Under the pieces are notes generated by a model that was not told the origin of the DNA, made no database searches, and saw only the letters and a program-made list of their open reading frames with translations. From Octopus vulgaris (taxonomy: Eukaryota), in contig OX597825.1 of assembly GCA_951406725.2 (NCBI GenBank), positions 16,058,001-16,122,000 on the forward strand: a DNA stretch of 64,000 bases, read 5' to 3'. Positions 39,303 through 51,959 of the stretch are shown piece by piece. Numbering within the stretch: position 1 is the first letter of the stretch; every line of letters starts with the position of its first letter. A program made the translations under genes and the position numbers.

Positions 39303-39524
39303 GTTTATGTGTCATTTAAAAAACACGCAAAAACCGTTAGATTCACTTCAGCATTTAAATTTAATTTGTGTCAAAATATTTTTGTTGCTTTGATGCAGCA
39401 CAAAATTTTGTCAGTGAACAGGTCACAGTGTCAAAGCGACAAATATATTTTGATACAAATTAAACTTAAATGTTGAAGTGAGTCTAACGGCTTTTTTGTG
39501 TGTTTTTTAAATGGCATATAAACA
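39303..39524. repeat. Fold-back inverted repeat (~91-bp arms)
   Basis: 39303-39393 pairs with 39431-39524. Confidence 0.87.
39409..39455 (+). ncRNA. Hammerhead-like fold, G3-C8 core variant, decayed copy (family 7)
   Basis: TGTCA-GTGAACA(39414-39420)-GGTCAC..GCGAC-AAAT-ATAT-TT-TGATA. The GAAA box is not intact in either arm (left arm reads CAAAA). Confidence 0.5.
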
Positions 39525-40016
39525 CCTTCCGTGCTACAGTAAAAATTAAATCATGTTATATGGTACATTATTTGTCCTAATCTTATTATTGATTGTTTGG
39601 CTAAAACCTTCAAGGAGGTGCTCCACCTTGGCCACCTTCCAATGACTGAAGCAAATAAAAAGTAAAGAGTATAGTTTATATATATATATATATATCATCA
39701 TCGCTAGAGTTTATATATATATATCATCATCGCTGGTGCAGCCATCTGGCTCACCAGTCCTCAGTCAAATCGTCCAACCCATGCTAGCATGGAAAGCGGA
39801 CGTTAAATGATGATGATGATGTCATCATCATCATTTAATATCTGTTTTCAACACTGGCATAGGGTGGGGCGGTTTGACCAGAGCTGGCAAGTTGGAGACT
39901 TGCATCAAATTCCAGTCTGATTTGGCATTGCTTCTATGGCTGGATATTCTTCTTAATGTTTTATATATATATATATATTAATTGCAGTGTACAGTGTTAT
40001 ATATCCATTATGGCTG

Positions 40017-40099
40017 ATCTTACAAATTGGTTTCACACTAGGAGTTCAACAGAGTGTTAGGTAACTGTATGGTTATGTAACCTTGCACTCATCAGAGGT
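40017..40099 (-). ncRNA. Possible decayed type I hammerhead (family 8)
   Basis: Minus strand: ACCT-CTGATGA-(~52 nt)-GAAA-CCAATTTG-TA-AGAT. Near-palindromic stem III, but stems I and II are weak. Confidence 0.42.
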
Positions 40100-40265
40100 A
40101 GCCATTATGAAATGAAATATGGTGACTCTGTATATATGCCGCATGTGTCAGCTAGCTTATATGAAAATAAAGAACTATTTTGTATTATAATATTCAACTG
40201 TGTCTCATCTGTCTGTTCTATTCCTCAGTTTACTGCTGTCCTGATGGCTGGGTCCATACCAAGCC

Positions 40266-40579
40266 ATGAAAATGCAAGATCTCCATGTTGTAGGACGCAA
40301 CTCTGACATTCCAACCCATCACCATCAATACCGCAACCGAGAACTTCTGGAAGCCGTTCTGCAGAAGAAGGACGGTGAACAAAACAAAAGCGAGACAGGG
40401 TCACGTATCTCAGCTCTCATCAGCCGCCAAAATGGCAACTTAAGCCGTCCGTCAAGCTTCTCTCGTCGAAGCATCAACCTGTCCCGCCAAAGTCTTACGG
40501 AAACTCAGTCACATGACTCGGAGAGTGACTTGTTCAATGAAGAACGATGTTATTCAGGGACCGAAAAAAGCATATTCAG
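40266..40579 (+). CDS. First coding exon of an unidentified host gene (exon 40229-40579; Ser/Arg-rich, probably disordered N-terminus)
   Basis: Pyrimidine tract and CAG acceptor at 40226-40228, in-frame TGA at 40242-40244, GCCATG start at 40266, 104 codons of non-repetitive GC-richer sequence, CAG|GTAAAT donor at 40579/40580 (phase 2). Confidence 0.72.
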
Positions 40580-41497
40580 GTAAATTCATAAAATTTTTTA
40601 TTTCATATTTTATGTTGTGAAATTTGGGTGGGGGTGTAATTGTTTATCAATTTAAAAATATATAAAAAATCTGAAAGTGAATTCTTACTGAGGCACAAGG
40701 CTACAAATTTAAAGGTGTGGGACGAGAGAGGAATAACTGTTATAATATTCACATATTTATGAAGACAATAAGGTTCTTAAACCTGGAATCAAAAGTACAA
40801 AGCAGATTTGGTGTTCCAATGCATATTTCTTGTTCTCCAAAGAAACCCATATCTTTTTTTTTGTCAATATATATATTTTTTATTTATATAGTAAATGCAT
40901 TTTAAAGTCTTTTGTTTGTCATAATTCTTAGTATGGAAGTATTTTATTTACTGTATTTCACCCCGGGGCAAACATCTTTCTTGTTGAGTAGTTAGCAATA
41001 GTAAGGGCATTCAGCTTCAAAAATTATATTCTACCTCTTGTGTAAGTATCCAAACTTCTACTTACAATCTACTTACATTAACATGAAAAAGAGAATGTAA
41101 GGAAAAAGAAAAAGAAAAAGAAAAGAGAAATTGATGCAGAATTAATCTCTCTCAATTCCAAGTTGTATCTGAATAAGAATTCCCAAATTTCACATTCTAG
41201 AACTATCAGCCCTACTATCAGAATTTTTATCTGAAGAATCAGATCTTCACTAAAGAGACAATTCCCTGGGTTTAATTGATCAGTACATTCATAAAAGATG
41301 TCATTGCAAGTCAAATACTGCAGTAACTGACCTATCGACAACGTATACATTAAGTATGATACATAGATGGCTTTTTTAATTTAATACTGCCTCAATTGCA
41401 TATAACAGATTCTTATTCAGTTAGGTGGATATTTGAAACATCAGTGGATGTTTTATTCACTGTTTCCAGTATCAGAGACGATGAATTCTTATGAGTA

Positions 41498-42010
41498 CCG
41501 TAAATCCTCGAGTATAGTCTGTCCTTGAGTATAATACACAGGGGAATTTTAGGGGGCTGTACCTCTGAAAGACCTAAACCTTGTGTATAATACGCACCCC
41601 TTCTCTAACTTGAGTCAAGGAGGTCTATATAACGTCCTTGGTTTGTAAAAAGGTATACGGTAACGTCCTTTATTGTTATTGTATATATAACATAATGCAA
41701 ACGTGTAGCTTTTTTGTGCATTTTGTTTGCAGAAAATAAAGAAATAACAGTAATAACATTTAATAAATGTTGCTTACTGCATGTTATGGATGATTCTTTT
41801 ATGACTTCATTGCTTTCAGGCTTAGCTTAAGGTATTTTCGCGCCTGACATCACGAAATGTGTCTGAATAAACATTGCCGAACAGCAAAATAGAGACTCGG
41901 ACATTGCTTAGAAAATAATTTTCATTTTTAACCTCGTATATAGTATGCACTAGGGATTTTGACCTTTAAATTTTGGGGAAAAAATGCGGATTATACTCGA
42001 GGATTTACAG
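41498..42010. mobile_element. pogo/Tigger-like MITE with TA target duplication
   Basis: TA|CCGTAAATCCTCGAGTATA ... TATACTCGAGGATTTACAG|TA. Confidence 0.88.
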
Positions 42011-42362
42011 TATGTGTCATTGAAAAGGTCCAAAACTGCTGAAAGGCATCTGGCTTTTGATGCATCTCGGTGAATTTTCATCTCCTTCTAAAACTACAGC
42101 TTCATAAAGGATTTCCAGACAAATACTGCAGTAACTGACCTATTAATAGTATGTGTATGCATTAAGTATGATACACATGTGACTATTTCAAAGTTGGTTT
42201 ATGTATAACATATGCTATTTCTGTCGTTCCCATGGCATTTTTGTTGTTGGGATATCTGTTGGCTTTCTGACCTGCCCAATATCAAACTTCCACTCAGGTG
42301 TTTCACTGGACTTGATAATCCTGGTGGCACCCTTATCCTCCCCAGGATATGGGCATCAAGCT

Positions 42363-42595
42363 GGCGGCGAGCTAGCAGAATCGTTAGCACGCCGGGCGAA
42401 ATGCTTAGCAGTATTTCGTCTGCAGTTACGTTCTGAGTTCAAATTCTGCCGAGGTCAACTTTGCCTTTCATCCTTTCGGGGTTGATTAAATAAGTACCAG
42501 TTACGCACTGGGGTCGATATAATCAACTTAATCCATTTGTCTGTCCTTGTTTTTCCCCTCTAAGTTTAGCCCCTTGTGGGTAGTAAAGAAATAAG
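42363..42595 (+). mobile_element. SINE family B, full length
   Basis: GGCGGCGAGCTAGCAGAATCGTTAG head, GTTCAAATTC B-box, and a central GCCTTTCATCCTTTCGGGG..TAAGTACC block resembling the Meta domain. Confidence 0.83.
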
Positions 42596-43064
42596 GATAT
42601 GGGCATCACTGGTTCTTACGGTTCTCATCTGCTTTTCACAATTTTTGGTTCTTTAATCCTGCTGAGAACCCACGCCATCTTTTGTTTAATCACCAACCAC
42701 TCAGCTATTGGTAGATTGTACTGAATTACATGGTTACTAGCAACAGGCTTCCAGCAGTTTGTGATGATGGAATTGGTCTTTACCTGACAATATCAAAATG
42801 TCCAAAAGTATTTGGAGCACCCCACTCCTCTGCCCTGTACATTCCTATCTACCTTGTACCTTGAACATCCAAGGCCGATATTTTGGAAGAAATACTAAAC
42901 ATTTTGAAATAAATACACTTTCCACCGATACCGAGTTCATTTCTTGGCGTCATTTTCTCTTCCCACCCGGTACCGTTCTTTTCTCGACCATTTCATTTAT
43001 TAATGACTTAGTCATAAGACAAAGAGCAGTTACCCATGCCACTTTTTGGGCCTCCAACACAGGT

Positions 43065-43570
43065 GGAAGGAAGGAAGGAATAGAGGGGTGGAAGGGGAGG
43101 AAGGAGGGAAGGAAGGAAGGGAAGAAGGGAGGGAGGGAGGGAGGGAGGGAGGGAGGGAAGGAAGGGAGGGAGGAAGGAAGGAAGGAAGAGAGGTAGGATG
43201 GAAGGAGGGAAGGAAGGGAGGGAGGGAGGGAGGGAGGAAGGAAGGACGGAAGGAAAGAAGAAAGGAAGGAAGGAAGGAAGGAAGGAAGAAAGAAAAGAAG
43301 GGAGGAAGGAAGGAAAGAAGGAAGGTGGGAAGGGAGGGAGGAAGGAAGGAAGGAAGGAAGGGAGGAAGGAGGGAAGGAAGGAAGGCAGGAAAGAAGGAGG
43401 GAAGAAAGGAAAGAAAGAAGGAAGGGGGGAGGGAGGAAGAAAGAAACAAAAAAAGAAAGAATCAAAGAAAGGAAGAAAGAAAGAAGGAAAGGAAGGAAGA
43501 AAGAAAGAAAGAAAGAAACAAACAAACAAACAAACAAACAAAGAATGAAAGGAAGGAAGGAAGGAAGGAC
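43065..43570. repeat. (GGAA)n/(GGGA)n polypurine tract
   Basis: Directly visible. Confidence 0.96.
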
Positions 43571-43964
43571 GTTAATCTTCAAACTAGAGACTTGGTGTAA
43601 AAATGCTTGCAAACAAAAAGTCTGCTAAAGACATCCAAGCAGACGAAATAATGCTAAGCATTTCGCCCAACGTTCTAACGTTTTTGCCAGCTCAGCTCGC
43701 CACCTTAAAGATTTTTGATGATTGATGATGCCATTGATGTTCCTCAATAACCATGGGAAGGACATGAACAAAGAAGAAATTCCAGAGGGAAGATGTATGG
43801 GGAAGGAGGACTGGGTGTATTGGTTTGTGCAAAGTATGGTATGAATGGATTGGACACAGCATGAATGATGGGAGGAAGAGAATGAATTGAATGGGGCAAG
43901 AATGCCTGACTAAAAGTGACATGGGGCCAGCCAGTTCTGAGAAGCAGAGACCATTTTAGCAGCG

Positions 43965-44252
43965 GAAGAGGAGGAGGAGGAGGAAGAAGAAGAAGAACAA
44001 GAACAAGAAGAACAAGAGAAAGAAAAATGAGAAGAAGGAGGAGGAGAATGAGAAGAAGAACGAGAAGAAGAAGAAGAGGAAGAGGAGGAGGAGGAAGAAG
44101 AAGAAGAAGAAGAACGAAAAGAAGAACGAGAAGAAGAAGAAGAAGAAGAAGAAGAAGAGGAGGAAGAGGAAGAAGAAGGAGGAGGAGAAGAACAAGAAGA
44201 ATGAGAAGAAGAAAAAAGGAGAAGGAGAAGAAGAAGAGAGAGAGAGAGAGGA
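43965..44252. repeat. (GAA)n/(GGA)n polypurine tract
   Basis: Directly visible. Confidence 0.96.
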
Positions 44253-44598
44253 GACAGCATACCCATAGGTTAGATGTTGAAATGTGTCTGTGAGTGAGTT
44301 TCCTTTTCTAAAGTAATAATTAAGGTCATTGCTACCCACAGCTCACTTACAGTAAGTGGGTAGTTTCTAATATCTTTAATCTTTCTCACAAAGATTAATA
44401 TTTATTCTGCATCAAGATTAACGGTGACAACATAGATTACTAAATACCTTTCCTAGGGACACAACAAAACATCTGCAACAATCTGGCTAGAATAGGAATT
44501 CACAACACATAAGAGGCAGTAGTTTCTTGCCCCAATCACTTGAATAATTTTGTATTTTCATCTCTGGCAAACTGTTTCTGCCACTCTTTACATCTTTA

Positions 44599-44696
<98 letters not shown>

Positions 44697-44824
44697 AATA
44701 TATATATATATATATATCCCCTACTTCTTCGCTCTCCTGTGTGACCCTTCTGTCCAGCAGTCGCCATGATAGATTGGTAGCCACTACACACATTTTTTTT
44801 CTCTCCTTGTTTCTTTCTGTGTTC

Positions 44825-44860
44825 CTTTCTGTGGAAGAGAGTAGGCTCGAAACATTAAAG
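44825..44860 (+). ncRNA. Hammerhead-like minimal fold with non-canonical core (family 9)
   Basis: CTTT-CTGTGGA-A-GAGA GTAG GCTC-GAAA-CA-TT-AAAG. A6 is replaced by U and there are further mismatches. Confidence 0.4.
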
Positions 44861-44974
44861 ACTTTTTCAATTCCTGAGCGTTATACTAATACATCTGTTT
44901 GTTTTCTACACCACCTGTCTTTGTCTTTTATTTTTTTCATGAATTCTCCCTGTGTATATATATTTGTTATCGAG

Positions 44975-45295
44975 GCATCATCCAGTCAGGCTGATTGCCC
45001 GGGCCAGCCTGACTACCTCTCTCCATCCCACCGAATCTTCCATTAGTGTTTTTAGGTCTTCAAATTGGAATCCAATATCTTCTGCAAGCTGTTGTATATG
45101 CATATTCCATGGTCTTCCAGCCGCTGTGGTACCATGATTTGGTGTCCACAGCATCACATTACTTACAAGTTCTTTACTTCTCCAATAGTGGATAGCAAAC
45201 CTCAATCTCCGCACTTGGGTGGTTGATGAGAAAGTTGGTACATTCCCATATAACTTGTGCTGTTGGGTGCTCCCTCCAAGAGCTGTTGAGCACTG
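44975..45295 (-). mobile_element. LINE RT C-terminal remnant
   Basis: RRLRFAIHYWRSKELVSNVMLWTPNHG..GRP....QQLAED.G.....LMED..GWR. Confidence 0.7.
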
Positions 45296-45558
45296 CATCG
45301 TGCCAATTGCACGTAAAAAGCATCAACCGATCGTGGCCATTTCCAACCTCCCCTGGCACCTGTGCCAGTGGCACGTATAAAGCACCCACTACACTCACGG
45401 AGTGGTTGGCGTTAGGAAGGGCATCCAGCTGTAGAAACACTGCCAGATCAGACTGGAGACTGGTGCAGCCTCTTGGCTTCCCAGACCCCAGTCGAATCGT
45501 CCAGCCCATGCTAGCATGGAAAATGGGCGTTAAACGGTGATGATGATGATGATGATGA

Positions 45559-45599
<41 letters not shown>

Positions 45600-45910
45600 C
45601 TTCTATTCTATTGCTGCTACAATGGTTTGTCCTCTTATGTTGAATCTGCTAGTTGCATACCACCTTCACTCAGTCTTACACCATTTCTTCTCTTACCACA
45701 CCCACTGTGTCTCTCTCTCCTCCTTACACTAACTTCTTTCACAATCCTTTCTCCTCAGAACTTTAATCCTCTAGAATTTCCTCTCCTCACTCAAGTTTTT
45801 CTTTGTAGACGTTGACTTACAAAACGATTAAGCTAAACATGTATTACAGCAATCTCAGCAGAGAAATCCTATAAAAGTCTTATCCACTGCTCTACTTCTT
45901 CTGACTAAGG

Positions 45911-46242
45911 CATAAAATAAATCCAGGCTCAAGATGACATAAAATCATCCAAGCTCAAGATTATATCAAAGATATGCAGGCTCATGATGACATAAAAATG
46001 CCTATAAGAATACAGGCTTAAGATGATATAAACCTTGGCTCACTTAAGATATCAACCTTAGCTCAAGATGGTATGAAAAATGCAGGCTCAAGATCATGGA
46101 AAAAATGAGGGGCTTAAGGTAACATGAAATAATCCAGGTTCAATATGATGGCAAAAATGCAAGCTAAAGAGGACATAAAACCAGGCTCAAGATGATATTT
46201 AAAAAATCCAAGCTTTAGGTGGCATAAAAGTGCAGGCTCAAG
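45911..46242 (+). repeat. Degenerate minisatellite, ~25-30 bp unit (AAAATGCAGGCTCAAGATGACAT-like)
   Basis: GGCTCAAGATG variants recur about ten times. Confidence 0.75.
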
Positions 46243-46492
46243 TTCAATTTAAAATCAACCTGTGTTTGACAGTGTCAAGAACACATTTAAGTTTGATGAT
46301 TTCAAAGCTGTATATGTATCTAACAAACCATCCTGACTGTGTGTGTTTGGAGTCCACATCATTGTCATCCCTTCAACACAAGCCAGCCAGTCTCTTTTCT
46401 CTGTATGATGTCCTCACTGATATTATCAAATATAGTTTGGACTGATTTTCCATCATAAATGGAGCCACTAGGGTTATGTTTTGTTTGTTCCT

Positions 46493-46784
46493 TCTCAAGC
46501 TACACCTGGCTCATAAGGGCCAGTTTCCCGGTTTTCTTGGCGCATATGTTCCCCACCTGGACGGGACGCCGGTCCATTGCAGGTGAGCTGCAAGATGCAG
46601 GAGAAAAGAGTGAGAGAAAGTTGTGGCGAAAGAGTCAGCAGAAGTTCGCCATCATCTTCTGCTGGAGCCGCATGGAGCTTAGGTGTTTCGCTCATAAACA
46701 TACACATCGCCCAGTCTGAGGTTCGAACTCACGATCCCTCGACCGTCAGTTTGCTGCTCTAACCACTAGGCCATGCACTTCCAC
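46493..46784 (-). mobile_element. tRNA-derived SINE family C
   Basis: The minus strand starts GTGGAAGTGCATGGCCTAGTGGTTAGAGC with B-box GAGTTCGAACC. Related to 51960-52405. Confidence 0.75.
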
Positions 46785-48196
46785 ACTGGGGTTAGACAGA
46801 AGTGATGCTAAAAGACATGAAAGTATTACAGTCTTCCATTTCCAAGGTAAGCAAGTCTCTACTCTGGGATGCATCCTATTGTGATATTTCCTCTAGGGGT
46901 AACCTGAGAGGACCAGTTTCAAATCCAGATCTTGTCACCTGATAAATAAAAGACTGACAGCTGACGAAATGCTGGCTGCTTTCCGATAGGTTTCTTTTGA
47001 AACCTGTTGCAATAAAGTATCCAAAGTTCTGGGCCCTCAAAACCATTCCACTACTCAGTCTGTTCGGGATAGAGATGAGCTCTGTGAATTTGAATGCCTC
47101 CATCGGACATCTCTTTTAAATTTACCATTTTGTCCTGCTGGGACTATGAAACTGTTGTGTGAACACCCCCAGACGATGACGTAGACTATCCCAATACGTG
47201 GATATAGAGGGAGAGGTCTAGACGTCAGAGTAGACCAGAACAGTGTAGAGTGGAGTAGATTTGAGTAGTAGAGGCATCCGAACATGCGACATAACAGTGG
47301 GGTAGTAGACAAGACTAGAGTAGAGAACAGTTTGAGTAACAGTCAAAGAGTAGTCGAGCAGAGTAGCTTTGAGTAGAGGTCATCTGAACGTGTGACATAA
47401 CAGAAACATATACATGACTTGCTGTAATCTAATAAGATATTCTTCATAAAGAGACAAAAACAAAAAATAACCAAACATTTATACAATAAGACAATCTAGA
47501 AGTGTTATTCCCATTTCCTCAGTAATAAACAGAACTGAGAATTTAATCTCTGATAGCCATATAGAATCAAATATTTTCTGTATTGGGAATAAAAGTGTGA
47601 TTTGTCCAATATCCAAGGATATTTCAAGACTATTAAGCCGTTTGTTTATTCCTTATCTATTGAAGTATTAATAACAAATTGTTTAAATGCAAAAATTCTA
47701 TTTTTAAGATTGCACCATTATTCTTTAATTTTTATTTATTTATATTTTTTTTTGTTTATTATCCCCTCTCACTTTGTTTCTATAATGTTTGGACTAAATT
47801 GCATGGCAGCAGTATTTAGTTTCAAGTTCAAATTCTAACAAAACTGTCAAAACCAGTCATTCAGCTTCAGTTAATTAGAATAAGCAACCGGCAGTAATAT
47901 ACTGGGGGTAGAGTGGAGAGAGATTTGGTAGAGGTGGATTGGGGTGAGAGGGGTGAACGAATTGAATTGGTCTTACGTCACTGACAAAAATTGGTTTTGT
48001 GTTTAGTTGAAATAATATCACATGATGTCAAGAAAAAGAAAGCACCAACTCCCATGTACACACATGCATGTGCACACACACACATACACACTCACACATA
48101 TGTATGTATATGTATATATATATATGTATATGTACGTATATATATATGTAAATATATGTGTGTGTGCGTGCGTATGTATGTATGTATGTATGTATG

Positions 48197-48244
<48 letters not shown>

Positions 48245-48475
48245 CACACATTTCTTTATTCTTTTACTTGTTTCAGTCATTGAAGGGTCTTAATCGGACA
48301 AATCAACCCAGAGTTTATTTTTTTTTAAGCCTGGTCTCTGTTGGTCTCTTTTGCCGAACTGCTAAGTTATGAGGAAGTAAACACACCAAGACCAGTCATC
48401 AAGCATTGATGGGGGAACAAACACAAACACAGAGACACACACACATAAATATATATACATATACATATATATATG

Positions 48476-48509
<34 letters not shown>

Positions 48510-49303
48510 TATATGCAGCAGGCTTCTTTCAGTTTCAGTCCACCAAATCCACTCACAAGGATTTGGTCAGTCCAAGGCTACAGTGGAAGATACTTGCTCA
48601 AAGTGCCACGCAGTGGGACTGTGTACCATATCTATTCACAAGGTGTTAGTCAGCTCATGGCTAAAGTAGAAGACACGTGTCGCAGGTGCCATGCAGCAGG
48701 ACTGAACCCAAGACCATGTAAGTTGGATTGCAAACTTCTTACCACACAGCCACACCTGCATATGTTGTAAGTTCAATTCCCATCAAGACCTACTTTTCCT
48801 ATTTTCTTGAGAATGAATATGAGGCCTTGTAATTTTAGTAGAAGGCGGCTCTAGCTTTTCTATTAAAGCACCCCACAATCTCCTGGATTAGCTGCTTTTC
48901 TATGGCATGAAGTCCAAACTCACCTAGGCAGGTTAAATGTCGAACACCTGGGTAACAAACCAGAAATTTCTCTCTCCCCCCACCCTGCACACACACATGC
49001 CACATAATCTTATTTCTTTATTGCCTACAAGGGGCCAAATATAGAGGGGACAAACAAGGACAGACAAAGGGATTAAGTCAATTACATTGCCCCTAGTATG
49101 TAACTGGTACTTAATTTATCGACCCCTGAAAGTCAACGTGCCACATAATCTGATGACTGTTGACTCCCCCCAGAGTTCATCCACACTTTGACAGATCTTT
49201 CTTTTCATCCTGTTGGGTGTCCAAAAGCCACCCTGCACCCCAAGTAGGCTTGATGGTATTGCAGGTTGTACTGGGTTACATGTTACCAGAGTATATATAT
49301 TAA

Positions 49304-49510
49304 CCCTTTCGTTACCAACCCAGCCAAAACCGGCTCTACCTCTGTAGTACAAATGTCTTGTTTTCATAAGTTTTGCATTAAAATATACCACCAAACCTTA
49401 GTCGCAATTTATGTTCCTAACACTAGCTGAATGATAACTAAGTTATTTTACTAAATTCTTTGTTGTATTTGAAATAATTGAAAGAAGCACTAAATACAGT
49501 AACGAAAGGG
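49304..49510. mobile_element. piggyBac-type MITE
   Basis: TTAA|CCCTTTCGTTAC ... GTAACGAAAGGG|TAAA. Confidence 0.8.
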
Positions 49511-49741
49511 TAAAGCAGATACAAGTGGCAGTAGTAGTAGTAGTAGCAGCAGCCGTCCAAGAATTTGGACCTGGAGATCTCCATTTCCAGCGACTTCGAG
49601 GGCCACCTCCTAGTGGTGTCGGGCGTCAACGAAGAGCCCTCGACTACAACAAGACGACCAAAGTTTTTTTTCCAAGATCTGGGATCTCCCGCCCCTAAGC
49701 CCTAGACAATCACCTAATCACCCTTACCCATCTTGTTGCTT

Positions 49742-49860
49742 AACAACAACAACAGTAGCAGCAGTAGCAGTTGTAGCAGCAGCAGTAATGGTAGTAGTAA
49801 CAGCAGTAGCAGTGGTAGTGGTAGTAGTAGTAGCAGCAGCAGCAGCAGCAGTAGTAGTAT

Positions 49861-49905
<45 letters not shown>

Positions 49906-49988
49906 CAGCAGTAGCAGTAGTAGTGGTGGTAGTAGTAGTAGTAGCATCAGCAGCAGCAGCAGTAGTAGTAGTAGTAGTAGTAGTAGTT

Positions 49989-50019
<31 letters not shown>

Positions 50020-50033
50020 CAGCAGCAGCAGTA
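49742..50033. repeat. (AGT)n/(AGC)n microsatellite
   Basis: Directly visible. Confidence 0.96.
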
Positions 50034-51959
50034 GATTTATTTTTCCTTGTCTTTGTCTACAATGACAGCAATTAGAACTGAATCCATTAATCACAAACCT
50101 CGTTAGCCTTTGTGTAATAATTCATAAACCAACATTAGTGTAATAATACTTTTTTTTAATTTTTCCCTCCTCCTTTAGTTTTTAGTTAAGTTCTTTCTAA
50201 ATGTTCGAGTAACACCATAACAGGAACAGAGAGATTGATGTTAGAGAATTCAAATGGAAAAACTTTTTCCTTTCTCTTTTCTTTCTTTTTTTTATTCCCC
50301 CCCCCTCTCCCCGTTCCCATTATTTTCGTTTTTGCTGAAATATGGCTCTTACCATTTTCTCAGGTCAAGTATAAAACAACATCTTAAAATACCAAACCAC
50401 AACGAACATCTAAGCGTTCGTTCGTACTAAATGGATTGACATATTCCACGTTAAACAGAAGTGACATTTCGTTTTGGCTTTTGTTATCTTCTATTTAGAA
50501 TGTGTTCAGACCGCATGCAAACATCCTGTTGCCTATTGATTAATGATCATTCCATAGTTTTTCTCTCTGTAGAGTCGAATGTTATGATTTCCCATTTGCC
50601 AAACCGCAGAAAACTCATTCTTCAAAACCAAAATAGTTTTGTGTTGTTACAAATCAAAAAAACACTTAAAAATTATTGATTGCCTTTTAGCCTATTTTAC
50701 TAATTGGTATAAACTGTATTTGTGTTTGAATTAGTTGAATTATGGTGTAAAATGATTTTTAACAAAGCTCATTGGTGTCCACTACAACTATCATCATCAT
50801 CATCATCATTATCATCAGCATCATCATTTAATGTCCGTTTTCCATGCTGGCATGGGATTGGTTGGTTTGACAGGAGCTGGTATGGCTGGGAGCTGCACCA
50901 GGCTCCATTGTCTATTTTGGCGTAGGTCTCATCACTGGATGTCCTTCCTAATGCCAACTACTTTACGGAGTAGTTTACAGGCAGTGAGCTGGCAGAATCG
51001 TTAGCACACCGGCCGAAATGCTTAATGGTATTTCGTCCATCTAGGGCAGCGAGCTGGCAGAAACGTTAGCACACCGGGCGAAATGCTTAGCGGTTTTTCA
51101 TCTGCTGCTACGTTCTGAGTTCAAATTCCGCTAAGGTCGACTTTGCCTTTCATCCTTTCGGGGTCGATTAAATAAGTACCAGTTACGCACTGGGATCGAT
51201 GTAATCGACTTAATCTATTTGTCTGTCCTTGTTTGTCCCCTCAGTGTTTAGCCCCTTGTGTGTAGTAAAGAAATAGGTACTTTACAGGGTGTACTGGGTG
51301 CTTTTCCCAGGGCACCAGACCCAGTACTTTTTACATGGCACCAGCACCCAGTTTAAATAACTTACTATTTTTGTAGATTTCGAAGGGAAATGGCAATAAA
51401 ATTGCCCTCAAATTACACTTCCATCACCATCATTGGTGTTTTACAACAGTTTTTCCATGCTTGTATGCATTGGACAGTTTTTCTAGATAGTATTCTATGG
51501 TTGAATGATGTCCTTCTAATCACCAATCTTTTTTATTCACCTCTTGTAACATGCAAGGGTGTAAGTGTGTCTATTCCAAGACCAAGACATGTACAATAAC
51601 ATCAAATCACTCTCTACCATAAAAATAGAGGACACTATGGACAATGTAATTCAGCCATCCATTATTTTTGCTCACTATTCCTGATGGTGGGTGGAGGTGC
51701 ATGGCTTAGTGGTTAGGGTGTTAGACTTTTGGGACACCCTGTACTTCGTAGATATCAGAAAGGCATATGATTGCATGCCAAATGACATACTGTATACAGT
51801 TTTACACAAGTTTGAGATAAATGGATGCCCAGAAGTTTGCTGTGAAATCCTTATATGATAATGTAATTGTAGATTTTTTTTAAATAGCTTACTCAGAAGA
51901 GGAATGGCAGTATTTATGACCATTTTCTGGGCCTCTGGGACTGACAGAAGGATGAAAGA

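Noticed and set aside
46820-47400. GC-richer stretch with short ORFs and AGAGTAG subrepeats
   Set aside because: No recognisable protein motif or splice structure; likely a decayed retroelement fragment.
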